A DNA stretch of 64,000 nucleotides, from positions 1-64,000 of IMG/VR virus record IMGVR_UViG_3300035438_000341; one strand, given 5' to 3'. This document shows, one piece after another, positions 17,699-28,074 of this stretch (position 1 is the stretch's first letter; the number at the start of each line of letters is the position of its first letter). The notes below the pieces were generated by a model, which was given only the letters and a program-made list of their open reading frames with translations, was not told the DNA's origin and did not search any database. Source of the stretch: a virus. The position numbers and the translations under genes were made by a program.

Positions 17699-18775
17699 AT
17701 GATAGTATTCTTACAATTAACAACAGCAGGAGTAGATTCAGGTCCATTTGATCTTTATTCTAATTTAGATACATACTCTGAACCTTTTGAAGAAAATGTA
17801 TCTAGAGATTTATTAATAGCAGGCTATTCAACAGATGTTCCTGATTATGCAACTGTAGTTAGAATTACATCTAAAGAAAATTGTATTAGTTCTGTTGATA
17901 TAACATTACGTGATGTTGAATGTGACTTAGCTGGATATGTAGAATTACCATGTAATGTTGATATAGTTTCTACAGTGACAACAGATCCTGATAACATACC
18001 AGGAGATAATGGAACAGCAACAATAGTATTTGAAGGAGGAACTGCACCATTTATATACACATTAAATTCTGTAGAACAAGGAGCTGCAGTGTCTCCATTA
18101 GTTATAAATGGACTATCGGCATCAACATCTTACACTGTTGAAATAATAGATTCATATCTATGTAATGATAGTGCAACATTTACATTAGGAGAAAGTACGT
18201 TCTATTTTGATGCAGATTATATAATGCTAACATATGAGTTTACAGATGGGCTAGATCTTGATACAAAAACTAGAATGGCTATTCCTGATATAGGACAAGA
18301 TGTTCCAGCAGATTATTTAGGATTCTTACAAACAATAGGAACTAGTGTTCTACAATGGCCACCATTACCTGCCACACCTATATTAACTTTTGGGGGTGAT
18401 AATCAAGGAACTGGATTTGAATCTGTTTTAATAGATATTAAACAATTTAAAATAGATTATCCATTAGAAACTAGTTTCACTATAGACGCTAGATGTTTAT
18501 GGTATAGACCTGACGATATAGGAGTGAACCCTGTAAATGTAGCTGCTACATTATGGAAAGGTGGAACTCCTGTGCAAGATGGATGTTATGAAGGACAATA
18601 TTATTGCTGGACAAATCCAACAGCAAATAATTCATCTAATATAGATTCTGTTGGTATTGTAATTACAAGCACTAATCGTATTTGTGGTCAAAGAGCTGCA
18701 ACATTAATATATAACTTAGTAACAAAGATAGGTGTATTAAATAATAATGATACAGCAACACCTACTGTATGTTAA
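17699..18775 (+). CDS. Modular fibre/decoration protein: shared N-module + SprB-like repeat + unknown beta domain
   Basis: GPFDLYS module; NGTATI..EGGTAPFIY...INGLSA..YTVEI.D..C. Confidence 0.7.
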   Translation: MIVFLQLTTAGVDSGPFDLYSNLDTYSEPFEENVSRDLLIAGYSTDVPDYATVVRITSKENCISSVDITLRDVECDLAGYVELPCNVDIVSTVTTDPDNIPGDNGTATIVFEGGTAPFIYTLNSVEQGAAVSPLVINGLSASTSYTVEIIDSYLCNDSATFTLGESTFYFDADYIMLTYEFTDGLDLDTKTRMAIPDIGQDVPADYLGFLQTIGTSVLQWPPLPATPILTFGGDNQGTGFESVLIDIKQFKIDYPLETSFTIDARCLWYRPDDIGVNPVNVAATLWKGGTPVQDGCYEGQYYCWTNPTANNSSNIDSVGIVITSTNRICGQRAATLIYNLVTKIGVLNNNDTATPTVC

Positions 18776-18818
18776 AGATATAAACTAATAATTAAAATTT
18801 AATAAAACAAATATAAAT

Positions 18819-19970
18819 ATGTCTTGTACAAATTGCTTTAATGGATGCACAGAAACTATTTCAGATCAGTGTGTCGTATATACAGGAACTGATGTTCCTT
18901 CATTAGGAATTCATACTAATGATTCTTTATTAGTAGTTGAACAATCTTTAATTACATTTCTCATCTCTGCATTAAATGGTTCTGGAACAACAATAGATCT
19001 TAGTGGTATAGATGTATGTGCGCTAGTGCAGAACTATCTTCCTTCAGAAGGAGAAATAGTATTAACAGATGTATTAGAAGCTCTTATACTAGCTTCATGT
19101 GATATACAAGCACAACTTGATGTTGTAGTCTCTGATATTAGTGATTTAAATAGTCCTTATACAATACCAGTAGATCCTGTAACTGGACCTTGTTTAACAG
19201 GAGTTACAAGTTCTTCTGATACACATGATATTGTACAAGCTATAATAGCAAAAGTTTGTACTACTAATTCTTCTGTAGATACAATAGTAGATCAATTACC
19301 ACTATTTGTAACAAAATCTGAATTTTGTACATTACTTGCACAATGTACTAGTAACACTCCAACAACAGTATTGGCTAGTGATAAGATGCTTCCTTTTGCT
19401 GTTGTTCCTTATTATGGTCCTACTAATGGATACCCCACTGTAAATGATACATTTGATGATACAGGAGCAGGTACAGGATATTGGGCTAGAGTGTTTATGT
19501 GTAATGGACAAAATGGTACACCAGATTTAAGAGGAAGAGTTCCTGTAGGAGCTACGGATACACCAAGTACTAATGGTTTTCCAGCACAAACAAATCCTGG
19601 AGTTGATGGTAATCCTGTTTACACTTACAACACTACACCAGGAACTAATAGAATAAGATTAGAATTACCACAAATTCCTGTACATAATCATGTTGGTTCT
19701 TCTGTAAATTCAACAGTTAATGATCCTAAACATAGTCATGCTCCTAATTCTACTGGAGATTTTGCTATATACTCTGGTAATGAAGGAGAGAATGGTTCTG
19801 GATCTAGTGGAAATGAAGTAGAGAGAGATATACATCCCGCAAGAACAACTTCAGAATTTACAGGAATAACTGTCAATACTACATTAACAATAGCTAATGC
19901 AGGACAGAGTGACTTCCATCCAAATGTTCAACCAGGATTTGCACTTTATTATATTCAATATAGACCATAA
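18819..19970 (+). CDS. Tail fibre with collar-like domain
   Basis: W...FMCNGQNGTPDLRGRVPVG collar motif; IPVHNH, HSH and HPNVQP...LYYI as in short-fibre tips. Confidence 0.75.
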   Translation: MSCTNCFNGCTETISDQCVVYTGTDVPSLGIHTNDSLLVVEQSLITFLISALNGSGTTIDLSGIDVCALVQNYLPSEGEIVLTDVLEALILASCDIQAQLDVVVSDISDLNSPYTIPVDPVTGPCLTGVTSSSDTHDIVQAIIAKVCTTNSSVDTIVDQLPLFVTKSEFCTLLAQCTSNTPTTVLASDKMLPFAVVPYYGPTNGYPTVNDTFDDTGAGTGYWARVFMCNGQNGTPDLRGRVPVGATDTPSTNGFPAQTNPGVDGNPVYTYNTTPGTNRIRLELPQIPVHNHVGSSVNSTVNDPKHSHAPNSTGDFAIYSGNEGENGSGSSGNEVERDIHPARTTSEFTGITVNTTLTIANAGQSDFHPNVQPGFALYYIQYRP

Positions 19971-19972
19971 AT

Positions 19973-20995
19973 ATGTCATCTTACCCACCTACTCCACAAA
20001 GAAAAGCTTGCAACTGTAGCGATCCTTGTATCTCTACAGATGATGTTTACTATGCTGGTCCCAATCTTCCTAGCTCAGGAATTAATACTTATAATGTATT
20101 AACAGAAGTTATAGAAAAGCTAGATGCTATCTATGCTGTTCCTACATTACAAAGAGTAACAGAAATGGGTAATCTTACCACTCTACCAATCATTGCAGAT
20201 TCATTTGTAAAGATTGGTGGAGATGGTGATAATATTCTATTGGATGATGGTACAGTGTTACCTATAGGAGATTTACCAAGTAATACACAAACATTAGCCG
20301 AAACTCTTGTATTAGGTAATAATACAGGAGGTACAGATATATATTTGAATGATGCAGACTCACTATACTTAGAAAATGGTTCTTATATAAAAAAGGGAAG
20401 GTATGATTTTGGAGCTGCTGGTGGTGTTTCAAGAATTTGCTCTGTAGGTTATGAAGATATGTGGCAAGCTGGTTTCAGACACGTTTTTGATGCTAACGGA
20501 TTTATAAGAAATTCAACTAATTGTTTTAATCTTATACCTGATATTGACTCTGATGTTACACGAAGATATAAGATAGGCAGTATTTGGACTTTAGATGATT
20601 TAACTAATTATATTTGCACAGATGCGACAGAGGGTGCTGCTGTGTGGGAATTATACAAAGAAATACCTATAGCACCATATAAAGTATATACTGCTTTATT
20701 AAAAAGAACTGGTACTATTGTAAATCCTCCTATAGTTCTAGAAAACACATTAGGAGAACTCACATTTAATTATACTCTTCCAGGAGTATATACTATAGGT
20801 TCAGCAGGGTTATTTACTTTAGATAAAACTGTTGTTTTTATTACAAACCAACCAAGTGGAGCATTTGGAGTTGTTCTAAACGCATCAAGATTAGCCTCAA
20901 ATAATATCCAAATAGTTCAATCTACTAGTAATGGTGGTACAAGTGATAATAATTGGAGTCTTCCAGTATCTATAGAAATAAGAGTATATAATTAA
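19973..20995 (+). CDS. Fibre-like virion protein
   Basis: N-terminus paralogous to 18819 and 62994; TLQRVTEMGN and FVKIGG...ILLDDG motifs; C-terminal PYKVYTALL...IEIRVYN domain. Confidence 0.7.
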   Translation: MSSYPPTPQRKACNCSDPCISTDDVYYAGPNLPSSGINTYNVLTEVIEKLDAIYAVPTLQRVTEMGNLTTLPIIADSFVKIGGDGDNILLDDGTVLPIGDLPSNTQTLAETLVLGNNTGGTDIYLNDADSLYLENGSYIKKGRYDFGAAGGVSRICSVGYEDMWQAGFRHVFDANGFIRNSTNCFNLIPDIDSDVTRRYKIGSIWTLDDLTNYICTDATEGAAVWELYKEIPIAPYKVYTALLKRTGTIVNPPIVLENTLGELTFNYTLPGVYTIGSAGLFTLDKTVVFITNQPSGAFGVVLNASRLASNNIQIVQSTSNGGTSDNNWSLPVSIEIRVYN

Positions 20996-20998
20996 ATA

Positions 20999-21061
20999 GC
21001 TATATTATAAACTTTAATTAATTGCAACCCACTGTAAACTAATTTATAATAGTTAACTTTG
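20999..21061 (+). promoter_or_regulatory. Late promoter candidate with GCTATATTAT box
   Basis: GCTATATTAT 20999-21008; TAACTTTG 21054-21061. Confidence 0.55.
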
Positions 21062-21103
21062 TATACAATAAGAATATATATTTTATTACTTAAAATTTAA
21101 AAA

Positions 21104-21193
21104 ATGAAAGCAAGTTCACAACAAATAGGTCAAAGTCAGAAAGTTAAAGTGCTAGCAAACTTTGACGCAACAAAAGGAAGATTCGGATTATAA
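21104..21193 (+). CDS. 29-aa small ORF
   Basis: MKASSQQIGQSQKVKVLANFDATKGRFGL; A-rich initiation region directly after the promoter candidate. Confidence 0.5.
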   Translation: MKASSQQIGQSQKVKVLANFDATKGRFGL

Positions 21194-21211
21194 TAATATA
21201 AACCAAATAAA

Positions 21212-22090
21212 ATGACAATATTAATAGACTTATCAGTAGCAGGAGTAAACACAGGACCATTCAATCTGTATTCAGATGCAGATGGATATACATCAGCATT
21301 TGCTACAAATATCACAAGACAACAATTATTAGATGGTTATCCAGCTGTTGTTGATGCAGGTACAACAAATATCAAACTTCAATCACTTAGTGATATATGT
21401 CCAAATGATACAATACTTCCTGTAAGTACAACTACATCAACATCTACTAGTACCACTACTACCACCACTACATTGAATTGTTTATTTATTGCAAATGCTG
21501 AAGAATTGAATTGTTCATTTATTGTAAATGCTCAAGAAGTAACAACAACATCAACTTCTACATCAACCAGCACATCATCAACAACTACAACAACCACTAC
21601 TGCAGATCCTTGTACTGGTTATACAATAGGTCAATCAGCATTAGGAGGAAAAATTGCTTATATTTTACAGCCTGGAGATATAGGATATGTGGAAGGTGTT
21701 TGTAAAGGACTTGTTGCAATGACTACTTATCTAAATTTTGCTGAATGGGGATGCCAAGGACAAGATATTTTTCAAGCAGAAGGATTTGCAGTAGGAACAG
21801 GATTGTCAAATAGCATAGCCATAGATACTTATTGTTTAAGTCTAACAGCAGCAAGTTATTGTTTAGATATAGTTGAAGGTGGATATAGTGACTGGTATTT
21901 ACCAAGTGCTGGTGAATTATACAAGTTATATATAAACAGAGTTGCAATTGGAGGTTTTACTGCTGAAAGGTATTGGAGTTCTACTCAACAACAAAGTATT
22001 TATGCAACAGCTATTAATTTTAGCAATGGAGTGTCTACTGGAGAATTGAAGGCTCAAGCCTTTAGATATCGTCCTATAAGAACTTTTTAA
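21212..22090 (+). CDS. Modular fibre/decoration protein: shared N-module + two Thr stalks + DUF1566/Lcl-like domain
   Basis: GPFNLYS module; GYSDWYLPSAGEL, YWSST, RPIRTF. Confidence 0.78.
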   Translation: MTILIDLSVAGVNTGPFNLYSDADGYTSAFATNITRQQLLDGYPAVVDAGTTNIKLQSLSDICPNDTILPVSTTTSTSTSTTTTTTTLNCLFIANAEELNCSFIVNAQEVTTTSTSTSTSTSSTTTTTTTADPCTGYTIGQSALGGKIAYILQPGDIGYVEGVCKGLVAMTTYLNFAEWGCQGQDIFQAEGFAVGTGLSNSIAIDTYCLSLTAASYCLDIVEGGYSDWYLPSAGELYKLYINRVAIGGFTAERYWSSTQQQSIYATAINFSNGVSTGELKAQAFRYRPIRTF

Positions 22091-22112
22091 TAATAATAAA
22101 ATAAATATAATC

Positions 22113-22994
22113 ATGACAGTATTAATAACATTATCAGGAGTAGGAAGTAGTGCAGGTCCATTATTTGATTTATATGCAAGTCCTGATGGAATAAATTTTA
22201 CGGTTTTTTTATCAGGTGTAAATAAAACAGTACTAGAAGCAGGATATACAGCAACTGTTCCTGATGGTACAACAGATATTAAAGTAACTTCTGTAGGTCA
22301 ATGTACTAATTCCTATGTTGCAACAATTGGTGTAATACCAACTACCACTACTACCACTACTACAGCAAATCTTTATTTATGTGCATTAAATGATGTTACA
22401 ATAGGTTCTCAAATATGGACTGCATGTAACTTAAATGTAGAGACATATAGAGATGGTACGGAAATACCACAATTTACAGGCACTAATGAAGACTGGGCAG
22501 CTTTAACAACTGGAGCTTGGTGTTATTATAGAAATAACATTGAATATGATGGTTATGTCTATGGTAAATTATACAATTGGTATGCTGTTGTAGGAATATG
22601 GAATGAAGCATCTCTGATAGATCCATTGCTAAGAAAAAACATAGCTCCTGCTAATTACCACATGCCTTCAAGTACTGAATGGACAACATTAACTAATTTT
22701 TTAGGAGGAAATCCAGGTGGAGATTTAAAAGAAACAGGTTTAAATCATTGGTGGTATCCTAACAGTGATGCAAATAACTCGTTTGGATTTACAGCACTTC
22801 CAGGAGGGCTTCGTGACCCGCTTGCTGGGTTTGCCAATAAAGGTAACTTTGGCCAATGGTGGACTTCTTCAGATGATAATAGTTTTGGCCAAGACTATGG
22901 TATATATAGAATTATGACTTACAACGACAGTGATATTACTCTAAGTTCCAACTATAAAACAAATGGTATGTCAGTTAGATTAATAAAAGATTAA
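22113..22994 (+). CDS. Modular fibre/decoration protein: shared N-module + Thr stalk + FISUMP-like domain
   Basis: VTIGSQIW...NL, YGKLYNWYAV, GFTALPGGLR, WWTSS, GMSVRLIKD; paralog of 16779. Confidence 0.8.
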   Translation: MTVLITLSGVGSSAGPLFDLYASPDGINFTVFLSGVNKTVLEAGYTATVPDGTTDIKVTSVGQCTNSYVATIGVIPTTTTTTTTANLYLCALNDVTIGSQIWTACNLNVETYRDGTEIPQFTGTNEDWAALTTGAWCYYRNNIEYDGYVYGKLYNWYAVVGIWNEASLIDPLLRKNIAPANYHMPSSTEWTTLTNFLGGNPGGDLKETGLNHWWYPNSDANNSFGFTALPGGLRDPLAGFANKGNFGQWWTSSDDNSFGQDYGIYRIMTYNDSDITLSSNYKTNGMSVRLIKD

Positions 22995-23022
22995 CAAAAT
23001 AAAAAATATATAATATATAATA

Positions 23023-25371
23023 ATGACAATACTATTAACACTAGAAATAGAAGGAGGTAACCTAGGACCTTTTAATTTATATTCAAACACAAATGGATAC
23101 ACAATTCCATTTGCTACAAATATAACAAAAGATGCATTAGAAGCAGGGTATACATCTACAGCTGTTCCTCCTAATACAACAACTGTACAAGTTAAATCTG
23201 TAGGGAATTGTAGTAATTCAATTGATATAGTTTTACAAAACATCATTGTTCCATGTAATGGAACTAGTGATTCTGGAGGATTTGGTTTAAAAGATGTAAG
23301 TGTTGATTTAGATCCAGCAGGTGGAGTTATTACATTTCTTTTTGATCCACAAGGAGCAGCTGATAAAATGGAATTCTATCATGGAGTTCCACAAGATGAT
23401 GGAATTAATAAAGTGGCTACTACATCTCAATCAGCTCCAGGAGAATTTGGTGGTAACTATGGTCCATTTGATAATGTATATGGAACACCTCCAGCACCTA
23501 TTATATTTCCTAATAATCCAACTACAGATGTAGATCAATTCATAGGAACATTTAAGGATCCAGTACCTACAAGACAATCACAATACAGTAGTGATACAGG
23601 ATGTACTATTCCAAGTATGACCATTGGAGAAATTACATACGATCAAGTAGTATGGTGGAGATATGATGCAGCAGATTATTTAGCAAATCCAGTAGTTACT
23701 ATTAGAATTACAGGATCAGGTGATAATACATTATGGAATTTAGTTAGAATATGTAATGTATGTGCAACTACCACTACAACATCATCATCAAGTACTAGTA
23801 CAAGTACTAGCACATCAACTAGCACTAGTACATCAACGTCTACTAGTACTAGCACATCAACTAGTAGCAGCACTACCACTACAACCACTACAGTTGGCAT
23901 TACCAATTATATGACAGGAGTGGTTATTAATGATTCTGAAGATAGTGGAAAAACTTTCTATGGTCCATCATATAATTTTACTGGCAATACGGTAGCTGGT
24001 GATTGGAATTATCAAAACGGGGTAATGACTATAGAACAACCTTCTAAATTTGAAACATTTGATTTATTACCTGGAAGCCCTTCATCTCCATCGGATAATG
24101 ATATAATGATGATGCACCAGTATATTCAGAGTTATTTACCCAATGACATCTTATTTGATCCTACACTTGGTAATAAAATGTGGTATCTAATTTCATCAGT
24201 ACAATATGCATCCGAACAACTTGTAACTATACTTGATGATGCAACTTTGATTCCAGATCTACAGTTAATAGCAGGAAGTCCTTCTAAATGGGAAGGTACT
24301 TTTCTTTTCGATATTAATCTTACACAATCAAATTATGTGTATTTAATATGGGATTATAGAAAGACTATTACTACCACTACAACCACTACAGCAATTTGTA
24401 ATTCTTGGTACTATAACGTAACTCTTTATAATTGTGACTGTATTGAACAAAGTAATTCATTAGAATTTAATGGTGCAGAATTAAATATTGGAAGTTTTTA
24501 TTATTCTTCTAGTTTGAATGGTAAAATTCTTGTAAATAGTATTTATTCTCCTTGTGATAATGCTGGAGAAACTATATGGGTACAACCATCATCAGAATCA
24601 AGTACTTGTGAGGCAGTAATTTGTCCTACAACAACAACAACAACCACAGCTATACCAACAACAACTACCACTACAACAGCGTGTGTAAATAGACCAGTAG
24701 GTTTAACCAATGGTTATGTAATAAGTGCTTGTAACAATCAATATTTTACATCATGGAATTTCACTGCTTCTGCTGCAGAAGCTTGTGATGCATTTAGTTA
24801 TTTCCGTTCAAATCCTATAACAACAGGTTCAGGATATAGTTATTCATCTATGCAATATGATACACTAGCAATAGGACAAAAAATATATTTAGGAAATAAT
24901 GGAACTAATTGTAGTGTAGTACAAAATGGAAATTACTGGTTTCAACCAGATACCACTGATACGACTTCTTATTTTAAAAATATAAATACAATAGATATTG
25001 TCACAATAGTAAATGGGGTAATTACAAATATTAATCCTTGTAATTATGTAGAACCTCCTCTTCAATTTAGAGTTAGAGGTACAGACAATAAAATAAATAG
25101 TCTTACACCAAATTTCTACAATATTGAAACTGGAAACTTACCTGCTATAGAAGGAGAGGTTGTTTTAGGTTCAATAACTGCAGGAGGAACTTCTTTAACT
25201 ATTGGATATGATTCTCCTAATTATGAACCACAAATTATGATTGTAAAAAATAATATAGTAGTAGAAAATTCTGCAGGAATACCTCAAGGAATAAATCAAT
25301 CTTTTACTTATAACATTTCTTGGTTAAGTACTGATATAATTAAAATATGGTTGCAACAATCTGGTACATAA
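23023..25371 (+). CDS. Large modular fibre/decoration protein with multiple Thr/Ser stalks
   Basis: GPFNLYS module followed by several Cys-containing beta domains separated by Thr/Ser tracts. Confidence 0.75.
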   Translation: MTILLTLEIEGGNLGPFNLYSNTNGYTIPFATNITKDALEAGYTSTAVPPNTTTVQVKSVGNCSNSIDIVLQNIIVPCNGTSDSGGFGLKDVSVDLDPAGGVITFLFDPQGAADKMEFYHGVPQDDGINKVATTSQSAPGEFGGNYGPFDNVYGTPPAPIIFPNNPTTDVDQFIGTFKDPVPTRQSQYSSDTGCTIPSMTIGEITYDQVVWWRYDAADYLANPVVTIRITGSGDNTLWNLVRICNVCATTTTTSSSSTSTSTSTSTSTSTSTSTSTSTSTSSSTTTTTTTVGITNYMTGVVINDSEDSGKTFYGPSYNFTGNTVAGDWNYQNGVMTIEQPSKFETFDLLPGSPSSPSDNDIMMMHQYIQSYLPNDILFDPTLGNKMWYLISSVQYASEQLVTILDDATLIPDLQLIAGSPSKWEGTFLFDINLTQSNYVYLIWDYRKTITTTTTTTAICNSWYYNVTLYNCDCIEQSNSLEFNGAELNIGSFYYSSSLNGKILVNSIYSPCDNAGETIWVQPSSESSTCEAVICPTTTTTTTAIPTTTTTTTACVNRPVGLTNGYVISACNNQYFTSWNFTASAAEACDAFSYFRSNPITTGSGYSYSSMQYDTLAIGQKIYLGNNGTNCSVVQNGNYWFQPDTTDTTSYFKNINTIDIVTIVNGVITNINPCNYVEPPLQFRVRGTDNKINSLTPNFYNIETGNLPAIEGEVVLGSITAGGTSLTIGYDSPNYEPQIMIVKNNIVVENSAGIPQGINQSFTYNISWLSTDIIKIWLQQSGT

Positions 25372-25410
25372 TTTAAAAAAAATCTGAGTTTGTTGGTTTT
25401 CTTAGATTTT

Positions 25411-25443
25411 CTCCTCAAGATATTCTTGGGGAGTTTTTGTTTT
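25411..25443 (+). terminator. Intrinsic terminator (preceded by a second hairpin at 25380-25410)
   Basis: CTCCTCAAGA-TAT-TCTTGGGGAG-TTTTTGTTTT. Confidence 0.85.
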
Positions 25444-25455
25444 ATAACTATTTTG

Positions 25456-25519
25456 ATTATAAAGAATAACCTATTTAGTTAAATTTATTTGGATAGTATG
25501 AAAACTATTTTTATCTTTA
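25456..25519 (+). promoter_or_regulatory. Promoter candidate with ATTATAAAGAATWACC box
   Basis: Box 25456-25471; 16 nt; TTTG 25488-25491; 20 nt; TATCTTTA 25512-25519. Confidence 0.6.
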
Positions 25520-25547
25520 CCCTAATTTTAAGTAAACTAAACTAAAT

Positions 25548-26771
25548 ATGACTGAGAATCAAGATTTATTATTCAAGTTAGAAGAGTTGTTGAAGCAAAA
25601 GAAAAGTAAAAAGTTCTATGCAGAGAGATTAGGAATAAGTGAAAATGAAGTGAATGAACTTCTTAAAGAACTTAGAGAAAAAGATGATTTACCAATTGAA
25701 CTATCTCCTAGTTATAAAGAAGAGTTACGTAAGGTGAATGTTGAGAAGGGTACAATAGAAAGCACTATCACTAGTGACTTTGATCCAAAAGATGATATTG
25801 AACTAGCAGCATTACACAAAATAAATTTAGATAAATACATCATTACCAACTACTGGTCTAAGATGTTACCAAGTGGGAAGTTTACTTCTTCTGTCTTTAG
25901 TAAAAAGAAACAACCACAAGATTACTCCCCTGAAGACTTTGCTAAGTTTTTAGAAAACTACAAACCAAACAATATAGCTGTTGTTAAACCAGAACATCAT
26001 CTTACTAAAGAACATGTAGATGTAGAGATATCTATTTCTGATTTCCATTTAGCTAAGAAGCATGTAGATGGAGATAATGATCCTGCAAGCAGAGCATTGA
26101 GATATTTTAATGTAGCACAATCTTTGATACTGAAGGTGAGAGCTAATTACAATATAGACACTGTTATCCTTCCTATATCGAATGATTTCTTTCACACTGA
26201 TAACTATCAACATCAAACTACAAATGGTACTCCACAGGACACTATAATAGATTATGCAGATGAATATGAGTTAGGCTTTGCAGTTCTTGTAGATACAATC
26301 AATATGTTGAGACAGAATGCAAATGATGTAAAAGTGATACTTGTACAGGGTAATCATGACAGGACTAAATCATTCTACTTAGCACACGCACTAGATGTGT
26401 ATTTCACAGACTACTTTGATGTAGAGTTTGATAGATCACACAGTACAATAAAAGGACTTACAGTTGGTAATACATTCATAGGATGGCACCATGGTAATTG
26501 TAAACTAGATGATCTTCCATTATTGTTTGCTACACATACTAAATTTAGTCATCAATTTGGAGATGCTAATTACAGAGAGATACATACAGGTGATAAACAT
26601 CACTACATGGCAAAAGAACTCAAAGGAGTTAGAATACAACAAATGCCTAGCTTATCAGGAACAGATAGATGGCACCTAGATAATAACTTCGTACACTCAG
26701 TACGAGCAGCTCTTGCTCTAGTTTATGATAGAAAGCTAGGAAAGATAGCAGAGTTCGAATGTCGCATATAA
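25548..26771 (+). CDS. Calcineurin-like metallophosphoesterase with N-terminal HTH
   Basis: SDFH, NDFFH, GNHD, HHG and GDKHH metal-binding motifs; YAERLGISENEV HTH. Confidence 0.85.
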   Translation: MTENQDLLFKLEELLKQKKSKKFYAERLGISENEVNELLKELREKDDLPIELSPSYKEELRKVNVEKGTIESTITSDFDPKDDIELAALHKINLDKYIITNYWSKMLPSGKFTSSVFSKKKQPQDYSPEDFAKFLENYKPNNIAVVKPEHHLTKEHVDVEISISDFHLAKKHVDGDNDPASRALRYFNVAQSLILKVRANYNIDTVILPISNDFFHTDNYQHQTTNGTPQDTIIDYADEYELGFAVLVDTINMLRQNANDVKVILVQGNHDRTKSFYLAHALDVYFTDYFDVEFDRSHSTIKGLTVGNTFIGWHHGNCKLDDLPLLFATHTKFSHQFGDANYREIHTGDKHHYMAKELKGVRIQQMPSLSGTDRWHLDNNFVHSVRAALALVYDRKLGKIAEFECRI

Positions 26772-26773
26772 CT

Positions 26774-27346
26774 ATGGCAAGTAATCAAATAACATTAGAA
26801 AGAAGTATAGAGATAAATTCTCTAGACTATTTATATCAATGTACTAAATGTAAGGAAATTAAACCTAATAGTGAATATTCTACTAGTCCAAATAAAAGAG
26901 TAGTAAATAGTTTAGGAAGAGCTTTTGTATCTGAATGTAAAGCTTGCAGGAGAGAATATAACTCTTCTAGAGCAGTTTTAGATAGAAAAAAAGAACTAGC
27001 ACCTATTCAAAGAAATAAACATAGACTTAGTTCAATTTTTTGGTCATCTAAACAAAATGCTAAAAAAAGAAACTTAGAACATAATATAGATCTAGAATAT
27101 ATTAAAGAGTTGTTTAAAATACAAGAAGGATTATGTTACTATACTGGTAAAGAAATGTTTATTGATACAAGAGAAAAAGAAAATAATGAAGATTCTGTAT
27201 CTTTAGATAGATTTGATTCTTCTAAAGGATATATAAAAGGAAATATTGTATTATGTAGATGGGTAGTTAATAGAATGAAAAATGATATTAACTTTAAAGA
27301 TTTTTTACAAATTGTTTCTGAAATAAATAAAAAACATAACTTATAA
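26774..27346 (+). mobile_element. Free-standing HNH-type endonuclease with Zn-ribbon
   Basis: CTKC/CKAC; GLCYYTG...SLDRFDSSKGY.KGNIVLC..VVNRMKN. Confidence 0.8.
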
Positions 27347-28074
27347 TGGCAACACTTAGAAAACTTGTTAGTGATACTCGTGCTATGCACAAAATATTAT
27401 CGACTGATTCTTTAACAACAGATAGAGCAATTGCATCTGAGATAAGAAACAACTCTTTATTATTAATTAAGAGAGAAACAAATCTTAGAAAGCTGTGGGC
27501 TACAGATACATTGTTTACAACAATTCCTTGTTTGGAAATGATTGAAGTTCCTATATCTGAATGTTGTGACTATGTGGATCCTTGTTCTGTTGCAAGAACT
27601 AGATTTAAACTCCCACGCATATCTGAAGGAAACTATCAGTATGTTATACAGGGAGTTTATTCTATTAATGCAATGAGTGGAAATGGAAGAAAGCTAAAAG
27701 AAATAACTATCAATAGATATATAAACTTACTTAAACTTCCTGTAATTAAAAAAGAAGAATACTTCTGGATATCTAATGGATATTTATATGTAAGTAATCC
27801 ACTTCTTAAAGCAATTAGATTTGTAGCTTTATTTGAGGAAGATGTAATTAATGATATTATGTATCCAGAATGTGGATGTGGAGCTCCTGAATATACAGTG
27901 GAGCAATTATGTCAAAATCCTTTAGATAAAGAGTTTGCTCTTCCTGGATACTTAGAACAACAAGTCTTAGAGTTAACATCTAAGAAACTTCTACAAACAT
28001 ATTTTACAATCAAGACAGACATAAGTCAAGAAGGAATAGATGGACAAGCTCCAAATTCAAAACCAACTAATTAA
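27346..28074 (+). CDS. Putative tail ring protein
   Basis: 242 aa; position in crAss-like tail module; coupled by TAATG. Confidence 0.6.
   Translation: MATLRKLVSDTRAMHKILSTDSLTTDRAIASEIRNNSLLLIKRETNLRKLWATDTLFTTIPCLEMIEVPISECCDYVDPCSVARTRFKLPRISEGNYQYVIQGVYSINAMSGNGRKLKEITINRYINLLKLPVIKKEEYFWISNGYLYVSNPLLKAIRFVALFEEDVINDIMYPECGCGAPEYTVEQLCQNPLDKEFALPGYLEQQVLELTSKKLLQTYFTIKTDISQEGIDGQAPNSKPTN

Noticed and set aside
20996-21211. DGR template repeat in the gap within the fibre array
   Set aside because: Not AAC-rich and no similarity to the 3' ends of the FISUMP- or DUF1566-like genes; no RT gene in the window.
17000-24680. CRISPR-like or non-coding tandem repeats
   Set aside because: The ACT/ACA/AGT repeats are in-frame Thr/Ser codons with no repeat-spacer structure.
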